The translations under genes and the position numbers were made by a program. Shown here in pieces: positions 28,311 to 39,354 of a stretch of 64,000 bases of DNA (positions are counted from its first letter, which is position 1; each line of letters begins with the position of its first letter). The notes under the pieces were generated by a model, which had not been told where the DNA came from, did not search any database, and saw only the letters and a program-made list of their open reading frames with translations. The stretch is from an uncultured virus (IMG/VR IMGVR_UViG_3300041809_001460) (taxonomy: Duplodnaviria; Heunggongvirae; Uroviricota; Caudoviricetes): IMG/VR virus record IMGVR_UViG_3300041809_001460; one strand, given 5' to 3'.

Positions 28311-29030
28311 ATGGAAGACCCAGAGAAGGAATTTGTGCCCACCCCTGAGCAGGTACGGGCCGCGATCGAGATTGAAGAGCGCGACGATACGCTGGACGTT
28401 CTTGCTTCCGATGAAGAAAAACAAGTTGCTGCAAAGTTTCTCCCCGCTCTGGTTGCGCGCATCACCGCCAAGGTAGAGGCACGGTCTGCGCAGCGATTGG
28501 CTGAGAAGACGCAGGAACTGATCGCCCAAAACACCCGCATGATGGATGAGGAAGTCAAGAAGTTCCGTGACGCCCTCAAACCCCCCGATCCCAAGGAACT
28601 GGAGCAGCTGCTTTCGCAGGAGTATGGGGAGATCATTCTGCAGCTGCCGCTGCGTGGCGGCTCTAAGACCTACACGCTGCGCGAACTCTCTCAGGCCAAC
28701 GAAAAGAAGCTGATGGACATCATTGTGAGAAACCTGGTGCCACAGCTCAAGGACCTGGCTGCTGTGGAGTGGGCTAGCGTGACCAGCAATGCCGAGAAGC
28801 TGCAGAAGGTACTGGATATTCTGCCCGCCGGGCTGGACATGCTGGCCGAGTGCTGCGCTATCTGCCTCGACCCTTATAACGAAGAAGGGCTGACGAAGGA
28901 CTGGGTGCAGAAGAACCTGGGATCGAACCGCATCCTGGGCATTGTACGGGCGCAGCTTGAGGTATCGAAGATTCGGGATTTCGGCTCAGCTGTCTACCAG
29001 CTATTCCCGCAGGTGACTCGGAGGGGGTAG
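28311..29030 (+). CDS. Tail assembly chaperone (G-like)
   Basis: GAGGAG RBS; lies between the tube and tape-measure genes. Confidence 0.65.
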   Translation: MEDPEKEFVPTPEQVRAAIEIEERDDTLDVLASDEEKQVAAKFLPALVARITAKVEARSAQRLAEKTQELIAQNTRMMDEEVKKFRDALKPPDPKELEQLLSQEYGEIILQLPLRGGSKTYTLRELSQANEKKLMDIIVRNLVPQLKDLAAVEWASVTSNAEKLQKVLDILPAGLDMLAECCAICLDPYNEEGLTKDWVQKNLGSNRILGIVRAQLEVSKIRDFGSAVYQLFPQVTRRG

Positions 29031-29413
29031 GCAGAAGCGCACTCCCGACCCTGGCCGCGGCAGCGTCGTGGATGGAGGCGCTGAGTATTCCGAACCGTGA
29101 GATTCGTCGGCGCTTTACTAAGTCCGACTTGGCGATCATAGCTTGGAGAGGAGCTGAAGTGGCAGCCAACATGCGCGAGCGTACGCTACCTATGGCCAAT
29201 CTGCCGCCCAAGCTGGACGGAAGCGGTAAATATGATGTGATGGAGAACGTCGATCATGATGAGATGCTGAAGGGGATCGAGGATCGGCTGGGCGGGATCG
29301 TATACAAGATGGTGGATGAGCGAGGACAGGTTGACCTACGCAAGCTGACCGGTGATGAGGCCCTCCAGTACATGCAGGCGCTGGGTATGCCGGTGATGAC
29401 AATGGGGCGTTGA
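28976..29413 (+). CDS. Tail assembly chaperone frameshift extension (T-like)
   Basis: -1 frame is open from 28961 into ORF 29072..29413; candidate slippery G-GAT-TTC at 28976-28982. Confidence 0.55.
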   Translation, partial: GFRLSCLPAIPAGDSEGVGRSALPTLAAAASWMEALSIPNREIRRRFTKSDLAIIAWRGAEVAANMRERTLPMANLPPKLDGSGKYDVMENVDHDEMLKGIEDRLGGIVYKMVDERGQVDLRKLTGDEALQYMQALGMPVMTMGR

Positions 29414-29414
29414 C

Positions 29415-32400
29415 ATGGGTAGCACCGCCACGGGACCGAACCTGCTTGTGAGCATGGGGCTTGACCTCACTGCGGTCAAGCAGGCCTCCGACGTCATCGG
29501 AAACATTCTCAAGGGGCTCAACGATCTGGCTGATAAGCTTTCTGCGGCGGCTGCACAGGGCGCTCGAGTGCAGGGAGCTGGGCTAGAGCAGATTCAAGGC
29601 AGCATGGCTGGCATCGCGGACCTGGCCCAACAGGCCGTTGCCAGCCAGAAGCAGCTTGAGGCAACTACGGCAGCGACCGCCGAGCAAGCACGAATTCAGG
29701 TTCGCACCCAGGTAGAGATAACCGAAGAGACCAAGGCCTCTGTGAACGCCTCCATTGCTCAGAAGGCGGCGGCTGAGGCCTACACGGCCGAGCTAAATAA
29801 GCAGAACGCGCTGCTGCGCCAACAGACTTTGATGCAACGGCAGACTGCTGTCGCACAGAGTGGCACTGCTGGGATGGGAGCGGTTGCCGGGCTTGGGGGC
29901 AACGTTGCCAAGGGGCTGCTGGGCACAGGCCTAGCTGGAAGCGTGGCTGGCGGACTGTTGGCTGGTGCGGGAATCGTCGCGGTGATCGAGATGGCCGGGT
30001 CAGCGCTGCAGGGATTCCTGACGCATCTACGCGAAGTGACTGTCGAGGCCGGCAAGCTGGAAGTGCTGCGGGACGTATTTACACAACTAGCGGCTGGCCG
30101 TGGCATGAGCATCGACCAGTCCACAGCCTTTCTGGACCAGCTTACCGATGCGACTCGTCATCTTGTGAACAACATAACACTGCTGCGCGACGCCAATATC
30201 ATGCTGCGCAGCCCTGTGCAGTTGACCCGGGACCAGATGGTGCAGCTCACAGCGGATGTGACGAAGCTTTCGCTCGCCGCTGGAGAGACTGCTGAGCAAG
30301 GGATGGAGAGGCTGGCGCGCGGCCTGGAGCGAGGCAATCTCGGCGTTGTGGGGATGACGCTACAGATTCCAGGCCTTATGCAGGCTGTGCGTTCGATTCC
30401 GCCTGGAATGAGTGCTGTGGAGCGTGAGACGCGGCTAGTCAATATACAGATGGAAATGCTGCACCAGCAGGCCCAGAAGATTAAAGACATTCCCGAGACA
30501 CTCGACCAAGTGATGACGCGATTCGCTTCGGCTCGGTCGGACGTTGAACTGGCCTTTGGTGGGGGTTTTCAAACCTCTTCGGGTACGCAAGCCTTCTTGA
30601 AGGACATCGACGAACTGTCTAAAAGGATCGACGGGTTTCAGGACCTAGCAAGGGAGGCTGGAGCAGCGTTAGGCAATATGTTTGCCGCCGTGGTCCCCGC
30701 CGCGCAGGCTTTTGCGCGCGCCGCGGAAGATGTGTGGAACGCGCTTGTCAAGGTCCACGACATTTTCGCCGCCACATTTGGGGCTGAGCAGGGAAGCGCT
30801 GGAGCTATCAAGACCTTCCTAGCCATGATGGTGGACAACTGGATTCTGATCGCTACAGCGATCTCGGTCGCCGCGCGCGCTCTGCAGGGATTTCTGGGTA
30901 CGCTTGCGGCTGGCGTGCCGCTGCTGAAGGCGCAGGTGGACGCTATACGCGCCTTTATCGATTACCACGAGCTCAACTTCAGCGCTGCGCTGCAAGACGC
31001 TAAGAACTACGCCAACGACATTGGCGACTCGGCGACTGGAGTGAAGAAAGCGTGGGAGACGGCCTTCAAGGGAATGGGGGATTCGGTCGTAGACGAGTTT
31101 CAGCGGGCACACGACGCCATTGCGCGTATGTTCACGGACCCCACTTTCCTGCAGCAATTTATCAGCCAACTCAAAACCAATATGCCTCACGCCTACGCCT
31201 CGGCAGCCGAAGCTGCTGCGGCTGGGCTTTTCGGGCCTGGGGCTTTGCAGCCGCCGGATAAGCAGCCGCCCGACCTGAGCCAGCAACTTCGTGAAGCCCA
31301 GGCTCGAATGCAGGACCAGATCGCACAGGCCAAGGAGAGGCTCGACCAAAAGAAGGAAGAGATTTCCCAGCTCAAGGCCCTCGACGACGACTACTATAAA
31401 TATGCTGACGAGTCGCTGCAGCAGCACTACGCCACGCAGCAGAGACTTATCGATGAGGAGTACAAAGCCGAGCAGGAGAACGCGAGGGATAACTACGCGA
31501 CTCAGAAAGCGATGTACGAAAAGCAGTTTGGGGCTGACGCCCAGGTGCTGGCCGACAAGATCAAGACCCTCGACGCTAAGCTGGCTGATGAGCTGAACGC
31601 AGCCTTCAGCAAGCACCAGATGGGCGGAATTCAGCTGCTCGCCAGCCAGATGAAGGATGAGCAGGAGGCCACGCAGAAGGCCATCGAGGGCCAGCTGAAG
31701 CAGACCTCCGATGCTGTGGCCGAGGCTGAGAAGAAATTACAGACCCAGCTGCAGCAGGGAGAGACGAGCCCCGACGCCTATTTTGCCAAGCAAATAGAGT
31801 TGACCGAGCAATTGGCCCAGGCCCGCATCGATGCCGCCAACCGTGAATACCAGAACAGCGCGCAGAATGACGCTGCGAGACAGACCCGGATCAACGCCAT
31901 CAACGCTGCTATCGATCAAGCGACGGCGAAAATTGATGAGCTGCAATCGGCTGAGGCACAGGTTCGGATGCAGTACGTGGAGAGGCAGTTCCAGCCGCAG
32001 CAGCAGGCGATCCAGGCTCAGATCGGCGGGATGCAACCTGGTGAGAATCCGGCTGGACTGCAGCAACAGATGCTCACGCTTTTGCAGGCTGAGCGTGAGG
32101 AGCTGGAGAAGCAGGCGCAGGCGCTGGTGCCACAGACCGACGGCTGGTATCAGATTTTGGACAAGATCGAGCAGGTCTACCAGACGCAGCAAAAGTACAA
32201 CGATGAGCTGCGCAAATCGACTGACCTATCGCAGAACCTTGCTGGTCTGCTCGGTGGTATGTCCAAACTGGTCGGAGACATCTGGACTTCACGCTTTGTA
32301 AAGGGACTGACCGCGGGAATGTCGGGGGCTGTCGAGGCCCTGAAAGGGGGCACCCAGGCTGCCGCGACCGTCCGCAACGCGATACGTCCTGGATCAGTAG

Positions 32401-34043
32401 ACGTGCCGAAAGACCCGCAGATGCTAGCGATGGAGAGCGCAGCGCGATCCTTCTCCACCAGCACCGATGCGGCTAAGACCGGCACCGACGATCTGACCGC
32501 CGAGTTCGGGAAGGCCCGCGACGCCCTTGAGCAGCAGAGGGCCAGTACCGGAAATATGCAGAGCGCCACCGACACGGTGACGATCGCGCTGCACGACCTT
32601 CAAGCCGAGATTCAAGACCTTATCGCATGGCTCAACGCCCAGATGAAGGGCGGACCTTCTGCGCCAGCTGGCTCCGCTGCGGCTACTCTTCAGCAGGCAC
32701 AGGGGCCGTCTTCCGGCCTGGATGTGACCGAGCCGACGGACAATGAGCAGATTCCGTCGGAGCCGATGCAGAATTTGGGGAATCTGCCAACCCAGAGCGC
32801 GATGCCGTCGATGAGCGGATTTATCGATGGGCTTACGGCCGCTATTGGAGAACTGGCGAGCTTTGCTGATGCCGTTTCACACTCGACCTCGGCGCTCGGC
32901 GGCGCTATCAGCGGCGCCACGGCCGGTGCGGGCGTGGGACAGATGCTACAAGGCCTGGGATTGCCTTTTGGGCAAGCGATTGGAGCTGTTGCTGGTGCGT
33001 TGGTTGGAGCCATCGCCGGACAGAAGAACGCTGAAATGTCGAGCGAACTGAGCTCGTTGAATACGGCCTACACCTCGATCATGGACGCCTTTCACTCGAA
33101 CACCGACAACCTGCAGGCGACCATCTCGCAATTGGAAGAGTTGATGGAACAGGCGCAGATCGATGAAGCGAACTCCAAGAAGGGGAGCCAGCAATTCGCC
33201 TCGCTCGTTTCGCAGTATAGCCAGCAGCTGATTCAGCTACAGGATCAGCAATCATCGGTCATCTCCTCGCTCGAGGTGCAGCTGGGAATTTTCCAAACGC
33301 CGACCGGGATGCAGCAGTTCTTGACGAACCTGCAGCAGATCATCGACCAGTACGACAAGTTTGCTGGAGCAGCTGAGAACGCCAGCCAGCTGGCGCAGGC
33401 CAACTCTTGGTTGACCGACAGCCTGTCGAGCTACACGACGCAGATGGAGAACACCTTTGTGCAGGATGAAGAGCAGGGCATTGAGGACGCCTTGAATCTC
33501 AACAGCCTGCTTTCCGAGCGATCGACCTTGATTAGCAACCTCAACACCTCGATCATGGGTGTGCTGGAGCAGGGAGTTCTGACGCGGCAGCAGACTCAGG
33601 CTCAGACCAAGGGGCAGCAGATCGAGCAGCTGGAGAGCCAGGCCAGCCTGCAGTTGACCAGCATCAACAACGAAATCTCACTGGAGCAATATAAAGTGGG
33701 GATCGAGACCTCGCTCTACAACCTGGGCATGACCTCGATGGCCCTGCAAGCGCAGCTGCTAGCGTTGCAGGAAGGGCAGGCGTCGCAATCACTGGCTGCG
33801 ATTGCGGCTCTGGCTGAGCTGATTCAGTTGCTGCAGGGAGGCTCCTACAACTTCACAACCATCTCGGGCATTTTGGCTGGACTTGGGTACGCTGGGGCTG
33901 CTGGGAACATTCCGCCTTCTGGAATTCTGCCTGGAGGCTCCGCTCCTGCAGCATCGACGAATGCTATGGACGCGCTGATGGCGGCGGCTTACCAATCGCG
34001 GGCGACTCTTGGGTATGGTGTATATCGCGGGCAGACGTTGTAA
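29415..34043 (+). CDS. Tail tape measure protein
   Basis: 1542 aa, A/Q/L-rich helical with hydrophobic Gly-rich stretches; canonical position. Confidence 0.85.
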   Translation: MGSTATGPNLLVSMGLDLTAVKQASDVIGNILKGLNDLADKLSAAAAQGARVQGAGLEQIQGSMAGIADLAQQAVASQKQLEATTAATAEQARIQVRTQVEITEETKASVNASIAQKAAAEAYTAELNKQNALLRQQTLMQRQTAVAQSGTAGMGAVAGLGGNVAKGLLGTGLAGSVAGGLLAGAGIVAVIEMAGSALQGFLTHLREVTVEAGKLEVLRDVFTQLAAGRGMSIDQSTAFLDQLTDATRHLVNNITLLRDANIMLRSPVQLTRDQMVQLTADVTKLSLAAGETAEQGMERLARGLERGNLGVVGMTLQIPGLMQAVRSIPPGMSAVERETRLVNIQMEMLHQQAQKIKDIPETLDQVMTRFASARSDVELAFGGGFQTSSGTQAFLKDIDELSKRIDGFQDLAREAGAALGNMFAAVVPAAQAFARAAEDVWNALVKVHDIFAATFGAEQGSAGAIKTFLAMMVDNWILIATAISVAARALQGFLGTLAAGVPLLKAQVDAIRAFIDYHELNFSAALQDAKNYANDIGDSATGVKKAWETAFKGMGDSVVDEFQRAHDAIARMFTDPTFLQQFISQLKTNMPHAYASAAEAAAAGLFGPGALQPPDKQPPDLSQQLREAQARMQDQIAQAKERLDQKKEEISQLKALDDDYYKYADESLQQHYATQQRLIDEEYKAEQENARDNYATQKAMYEKQFGADAQVLADKIKTLDAKLADELNAAFSKHQMGGIQLLASQMKDEQEATQKAIEGQLKQTSDAVAEAEKKLQTQLQQGETSPDAYFAKQIELTEQLAQARIDAANREYQNSAQNDAARQTRINAINAAIDQATAKIDELQSAEAQVRMQYVERQFQPQQQAIQAQIGGMQPGENPAGLQQQMLTLLQAEREELEKQAQALVPQTDGWYQILDKIEQVYQTQQKYNDELRKSTDLSQNLAGLLGGMSKLVGDIWTSRFVKGLTAGMSGAVEALKGGTQAAATVRNAIRPGSVDVPKDPQMLAMESAARSFSTSTDAAKTGTDDLTAEFGKARDALEQQRASTGNMQSATDTVTIALHDLQAEIQDLIAWLNAQMKGGPSAPAGSAAATLQQAQGPSSGLDVTEPTDNEQIPSEPMQNLGNLPTQSAMPSMSGFIDGLTAAIGELASFADAVSHSTSALGGAISGATAGAGVGQMLQGLGLPFGQAIGAVAGALVGAIAGQKNAEMSSELSSLNTAYTSIMDAFHSNTDNLQATISQLEELMEQAQIDEANSKKGSQQFASLVSQYSQQLIQLQDQQSSVISSLEVQLGIFQTPTGMQQFLTNLQQIIDQYDKFAGAAENASQLAQANSWLTDSLSSYTTQMENTFVQDEEQGIEDALNLNSLLSERSTLISNLNTSIMGVLEQGVLTRQQTQAQTKGQQIEQLESQASLQLTSINNEISLEQYKVGIETSLYNLGMTSMALQAQLLALQEGQASQSLAAIAALAELIQLLQGGSYNFTTISGILAGLGYAGAAGNIPPSGILPGGSAPAASTNAMDALMAAAYQSRATLGYGVYRGQTL

Positions 34044-34056
34044 GGAGTATTGATTC

Positions 34057-37000
34057 ATGCTGGTGATGACCTATACAGTCGGGTCGGTGGAGACCGACAT
34101 TTCCAGTTATGTAGACTGGGCGTCCGTCAGCATCCAAGAGCAGATCAATGTTCCTACGCAACTGACCTTCAACGCTTATAACAAGGACAGCGGCTTTCCT
34201 GCTGTTGTCCAGCGGGCCTACATCCAGCTCTTCTCGACCGCCTTCAACCGCAGCCTCTTTACCGGGTTTGTTGCCAGCCAGCCCAACGCCGTTTTTCAAG
34301 GGATACGACCTGGGGGCGTGCAGCTTTTTCAATATCAATTCATCTGTACCTCCGATGAGTACCTGCTGAACATCAAGGCTGTGCCGTTCATCCCCGCGTT
34401 CGTAGACCAGACGCAGGGAGAGATTCTGGCTGGACTAGCGGAACTGCTCTGCCCGGGGTACTTCGACACCTCAGCCATCGGCTCCGGCGACATCGAGCCC
34501 TTCTATCAATACGACCCGACCCAGAGCTGGTGCGAGATTGCCAAGAACTTCGCCGACGACAGCCGCTATCGTTACCACGCGCGAGACAAGAAGATTTGGT
34601 TCCAACCCTACGGCGACGGGCCGCTAGGGGTTAAGTACGACGAGACGCTGCCTGATCGCACCTTCGACCCTAGTTCTGCTGGACTGCAGACGCAGGTGCT
34701 GGCTGTGCCGATCGTGAACGATGTGACTATCATTGGCGATGTGGAGGCGGGCAACAGTCGCGAGGACTACTTTATCGGAGATGGATTTACCGGCAACTTC
34801 CCCTTGAGGCATAAGGTATTTCGTGGATCGAGCACGCTGCTGGTGAGCGACGACTGGACCGAGTCCTCTTACAACACGCAGCAGTGGTACGTGAACGATC
34901 CAGGAGACCAGTTCAATATCGGTGCTGGTGCTCTGAACCTCGTGAGCAGCTTTGCGCTGCCGTTGGGGCAGGCCTATATCCAGTACAACAACGGTTTGGA
35001 GCTGGCTGGAGGAATCGACCTGGAGCACGGAGAGTTCGGCTTCAACGACTACTCCGTGGGAATCATTGGCGGCCTCTACACCGAGGCTCTGGACACAAAC
35101 GCGCCCTACTCAAGCGGCAACTGTCTAGGAGGGTTTTTCATTTCGTCGCCCAGCGGTGTAGAGACCAGCGCCTCTGGTGCTGCTGGCGTAGTGATGCAGC
35201 CGACTTGGGAAGGACAGCCAATCGGCACCCCGGTGGTGTCGGAGATCAACCACACCTACGTGCTTCAGACTGTGATCACCGCCCCGCAATACGTGCGCTA
35301 CAACCGCTGGTATCGTTCGCTGGCGGGCACCCAGTACGGCGGAGTGGAGACAGCCGTGACCGGCGATGTTACCTTCATTATTCAGGACTACGACATCGCT
35401 GCCGCTACCGGCTTCTATTACCTGCCGAACATCACCAAGGTATCGGTGAACGCCGTCAATCTGCCTGCTTTTGCTGTTTACGGACTGATCAACAATCAGC
35501 AGCTGAACTTGACTGTGAACTACACTACGCTGGCGATCATGCCTATGGGGTCGCTGTCGGCTTACGAGGGACCAAGCGGTCTGTGGCAGCCTACCGGACT
35601 GATTCTGCCCATGCTGCCTCCGGGGATTGTCGCGCCGCAGACACCCGAGTTTCAGGTATGCGAGAACGCCCCGCTGATCACCGAGCCGTGGACTAATCCA
35701 CAAAACGCCTTGCTGGACGTGCCTCTGTCTACAGCCTGTGCCGAGGGCACCGCTGGGTCCGCGCGGACCATAGGACCGATGGTCGCTTCCGGGGCTGTAT
35801 TTGACATTCCTTCTGACGCGACGATTGTCGGAGTCGAGTTGTCTTTTGATGCGTTCGGGGTTGCTGGAGAGACGTTGACCGCGCAGTTGATGCTGGGAGG
35901 GGTGCTGATTGGATCGCCGCGGAGCATGTCCTTCGATGAGGTCGGCAGCGGTCCTCCTTTGGGAGGCCAAACTGATTTGTGGGGAACCGCGACCCTTACG
36001 CCAGCCAACATCAATGAACTTCAGTTCGCGATCACCGCGTATCTGGAGAGCGGCGCTGTTGTACAGGTGAACACGCTAGCGCCGGTTGTTTACTACACCG
36101 GCGGGACGCCCACTTATCCTGGACCGGTGCCTCCGTGGCCATCCGATGCTAGCGGGAACATCTGGCCGCCGCCTCTGCCACGAAGCAACACGCCGACGCA
36201 GGAAGTGCTGGGCAACGGATTTGAATTGCAGGCCGCGCAGGTGACCCAGGGCAACGAGGTTGATACGCTGGCCTTCTACGCGCAGAGTCTTCCCGCGGCT
36301 GGTACGCCGGTGAGATTTTTGTCCTGGGAAGCGCGGGCCGCTATTTCACGCATTCAGTCCTCCGGCAGCATCGCTGCTGAAGCCGCGGTGGTGGGAGATG
36401 ACGGCATTCGCTCCGCCATTGTGTCAAATCTGAGCCCGCTGCCGCGGACCAGTGAGGATTGCGATGCCGCCGCGCAGGCCTTCATCGATGACCGCACTGG
36501 CGTGTTCTACAACGGCACCTATAACTGCACTTCATATTTCCTCGGGCAGCTTACCTCCGATGAGCAGTTCTGGCCGACCTGCGGGCGCTATTTGTACGTG
36601 AACTCCCCGGCGCGAGGCATCAACAAACAGTGGATGCTGGTGACACAGCTGACCATTACCGTGCTCGACGCTGTAGGCAATCCTGGAGCTACGCTGACCG
36701 CGGAGGGGCAGCCTGGAGGGCCGGTTGGAGAGGTGCTGCATTTCTCCATCGGCTTTGGAGCCGACCTGCATTTGGAGAAGGTGCTGTACAACTTCGTGGA
36801 CATCCAGCCGCCGAATGTGCTTTCGCCGCAAGACACCGCCGAGGCTGTGATCCCGCGCTTCGGGTATCAGGTGGACAACGCCTTCCAGCCCGACCTTTCG
36901 AGCATCATGGTCTACCCCATAACCGACACCGAGGCGCAGGTGACCGTGCGTGACAATATGGTGGCGCCGATCGAGATTCGGCTGGAGGACGCCAACTGGG

Positions 37001-38448
37001 GGCAGGGAGCGACCCCTGATTATGTGGGAACCGTGGACACGCCGAACTTTACGCTCAAGCGCCTGCAGTTCGAGCAGATATGGTATATGCGCTTTGTCGA
37101 TTCTACGACCGGTACATACAGCCGCCGCTCCAAGGTGGTGAGAATCTATTACCCCGTGCAGCCGCTGCCGCCGACGTTGATCTCAGCGCAATCCGACTTC
37201 ATCCAGTTCGACTTCAACGGCGACATTCGCAACGTCTATGGATTCGAGCTGCGGATATTCGAGAATGGTGTGTGGACGCCGATTGTACAGAAGCCGTGCG
37301 AGTCTTACGGCGACCTCAACATTGATCTTACGAAGACTATAGACACCGCACCGTTTGCTGCTGGACTGCCCTATCCGCGTACCCTGCAAGCCTACTTTTT
37401 CAATCATCAATGGTCTTACTCGGCCGCTACCGAGGTGACCATTCCGGTGCCGAACATTCTTGGGGTCGAAGCGGGATACCGTTTCGGGCAGAACCTGAAC
37501 ATACTCTGCACGCTGCCGAACCGCAGCGACCTGATACAACAGGTGTGGCAAGTGGCGTCGGACTTCGCCTTCAGCGATTTGCTGGTGGATCAGAGCACGA
37601 ACTATGCTGGGCCGCTGAATGTGAATATGAGTTCGATGGCCACAAGCAGCGGCGTGTGGGTGAGGACCGCTATATCCGACTATATCGGCAGCGGCAGCTG
37701 GTATCCGCCTGAAGGATTGTTCATTCCATCGGGGAACTTCATCGCTTCCGACTATCTCGTGGGGCAGGGCAGTGTGCCGCCGTTCCATCTAGGTAACCTG
37801 GCTTTTGGCAGCATCTTGTCCTACACGACCGCGGTGGGAGCCTCTGGGGCTACGCTGAACCTGTACGCCCAGGCCTTCAATGTGTGGTTTCCTAACAGCA
37901 CCGTAGTCGATGTACCCGCCGCCTCCGCTGCATTTACCCAGTCTTTGGACAACGACGGCGACTATCTGGAATTCAATACCGAGTACGGGTTTTTCCCGTC
38001 GCTGAAGAATCCCAACTCGCCCAATCCTTACCTCGAGTTCAACGGCCCGTACCTCGACTATAGCGGCAACGCGCTGTCACAGGCCGCGCTGACCGGAGCG
38101 TATCAGGACGGTTCGGTGCCGCTGACGAATGCCGCTTACACCGCTCAGACCTGCGCTACCGGCGGGCCTGGAAGCGGTGGGGTCGCCAACATCGATGTAG
38201 AGAACGCTGGCTATGGCTACGTGCCCTACGCATCTTATCCGTTAGAGATCATCGGTGACGGCAGCGGAGCCGCGGCCTTGGCTTACGCTGGGCCGCAGGA
38301 AGGCCCTGAGGGGGCTGTTATTGTGACCGTAGTAATGCAGAGTCTCGGGTCCGGGTATACCCATGCCACAGCAACCATTTCGAGCTTCATTGCTGATATA
38401 CCCGCGACCTTCGAGTGCATCATCGGATCGGGAGGCGGTGGCGGATAA
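34057..38448 (+). CDS. Large tail-tip / hub / central fibre protein
   Basis: AAGGAG RBS; 1463 aa, acidic and beta-rich; immediately after the tape measure gene. Confidence 0.7.
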   Translation: MLVMTYTVGSVETDISSYVDWASVSIQEQINVPTQLTFNAYNKDSGFPAVVQRAYIQLFSTAFNRSLFTGFVASQPNAVFQGIRPGGVQLFQYQFICTSDEYLLNIKAVPFIPAFVDQTQGEILAGLAELLCPGYFDTSAIGSGDIEPFYQYDPTQSWCEIAKNFADDSRYRYHARDKKIWFQPYGDGPLGVKYDETLPDRTFDPSSAGLQTQVLAVPIVNDVTIIGDVEAGNSREDYFIGDGFTGNFPLRHKVFRGSSTLLVSDDWTESSYNTQQWYVNDPGDQFNIGAGALNLVSSFALPLGQAYIQYNNGLELAGGIDLEHGEFGFNDYSVGIIGGLYTEALDTNAPYSSGNCLGGFFISSPSGVETSASGAAGVVMQPTWEGQPIGTPVVSEINHTYVLQTVITAPQYVRYNRWYRSLAGTQYGGVETAVTGDVTFIIQDYDIAAATGFYYLPNITKVSVNAVNLPAFAVYGLINNQQLNLTVNYTTLAIMPMGSLSAYEGPSGLWQPTGLILPMLPPGIVAPQTPEFQVCENAPLITEPWTNPQNALLDVPLSTACAEGTAGSARTIGPMVASGAVFDIPSDATIVGVELSFDAFGVAGETLTAQLMLGGVLIGSPRSMSFDEVGSGPPLGGQTDLWGTATLTPANINELQFAITAYLESGAVVQVNTLAPVVYYTGGTPTYPGPVPPWPSDASGNIWPPPLPRSNTPTQEVLGNGFELQAAQVTQGNEVDTLAFYAQSLPAAGTPVRFLSWEARAAISRIQSSGSIAAEAAVVGDDGIRSAIVSNLSPLPRTSEDCDAAAQAFIDDRTGVFYNGTYNCTSYFLGQLTSDEQFWPTCGRYLYVNSPARGINKQWMLVTQLTITVLDAVGNPGATLTAEGQPGGPVGEVLHFSIGFGADLHLEKVLYNFVDIQPPNVLSPQDTAEAVIPRFGYQVDNAFQPDLSSIMVYPITDTEAQVTVRDNMVAPIEIRLEDANWGQGATPDYVGTVDTPNFTLKRLQFEQIWYMRFVDSTTGTYSRRSKVVRIYYPVQPLPPTLISAQSDFIQFDFNGDIRNVYGFELRIFENGVWTPIVQKPCESYGDLNIDLTKTIDTAPFAAGLPYPRTLQAYFFNHQWSYSAATEVTIPVPNILGVEAGYRFGQNLNILCTLPNRSDLIQQVWQVASDFAFSDLLVDQSTNYAGPLNVNMSSMATSSGVWVRTAISDYIGSGSWYPPEGLFIPSGNFIASDYLVGQGSVPPFHLGNLAFGSILSYTTAVGASGATLNLYAQAFNVWFPNSTVVDVPAASAAFTQSLDNDGDYLEFNTEYGFFPSLKNPNSPNPYLEFNGPYLDYSGNALSQAALTGAYQDGSVPLTNAAYTAQTCATGGPGSGGVANIDVENAGYGYVPYASYPLEIIGDGSGAAALAYAGPQEGPEGAVIVTVVMQSLGSGYTHATATISSFIADIPATFECIIGSGGGGG

Positions 38449-38855
38449 TGCTAGTCCAGAGCATCGACGGAAAAAATCTGGTGCGGCGTTATATGGTTGT
38501 GGAGTATTCTATCAGCCAGAGAAGCCGCATGGGCTTTGACGCTGATGGGCACTTCAAAAATCATCTGCCCATTCACCATCTGCTGCATTCATACCATTGG
38601 CGTCCTCTGGATGAAAAGCATGTGCTGGTGGTGGCTTATGTTCCGCACCACCATTTGAGGAAGCTGGACGAACGACTGGACGTTTCTGTTTTGCCTTCGG
38701 TTTACTCACTCGATACCATCAAAGGAGCGATGAAGAAAGCCGAGCATTGGTTCGCTTTTCAGAAGTGTCATGGCATAGGCGATGACACGGTGTTGCGCGA
38801 CGTGGTAGGATCGTTCGCAGGTAAGTACGGCCCTTTATTCATGCCGACGCAATGA
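38448..38855 (+). CDS. Hypothetical His-rich protein
   Basis: TAATG overlap with the upstream stop. Confidence 0.6.
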   Translation: MLVQSIDGKNLVRRYMVVEYSISQRSRMGFDADGHFKNHLPIHHLLHSYHWRPLDEKHVLVVAYVPHHHLRKLDERLDVSVLPSVYSLDTIKGAMKKAEHWFAFQKCHGIGDDTVLRDVVGSFAGKYGPLFMPTQ

Positions 38856-38893
38856 GGATTGTATATGATGTAGCCTGATTGGCGAGGTTAGAT

Positions 38894-39334
38894 ATGCAAC
38901 TGCCCGATTGGCATCACCACCGGCCACGCTTGACGAGTATCAAAATTCGCTTCCACCACCATCATCACCACCATGAGGAGATGAACATGAGCGCTACGCA
39001 ACCAGTACCCGGCGCGGTCACGTTGACCACCCTGGGCCAGCAGGTCACAGCCTCGATTCTCGGCTTCGACCAGTTCGGCAACCCCTGGACGGGAGCGATC
39101 CCGCCCGTGGACTATTCGATTGACAACTCCGCTGTTGCGACTTCGGTGCCAAACGCCGATGGCGTGACCGATGAAGTGACGGCGGTCGCAAACGGCACCG
39201 CGAACCTGACTGCGAGTCTGACCACGGCCGAAGGTCTTCCGCTGACGGATACCGAGCAGGTGATCGTGAACATTCCTGGTCCTCCGCCACCGCCGACCCC
39301 GGTTCTGACCAGCATCAAGATCGGGTTTGAATAA
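38894..39334 (+). CDS. Ig-like (Big_2-type) domain protein with His-rich N-terminal extension; alternative start at 38987
   Basis: DQFGNP...YSIDNSAVATS...VTAVANGTANLTAS; two RBS-like sites (GAGGT, GAGGAG). Confidence 0.7.
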   Translation: MQLPDWHHHRPRLTSIKIRFHHHHHHHEEMNMSATQPVPGAVTLTTLGQQVTASILGFDQFGNPWTGAIPPVDYSIDNSAVATSVPNADGVTDEVTAVANGTANLTASLTTAEGLPLTDTEQVIVNIPGPPPPPTPVLTSIKIGFE

Positions 39335-39354
39335 CCAAGTTCCCTCCTAAGGGG

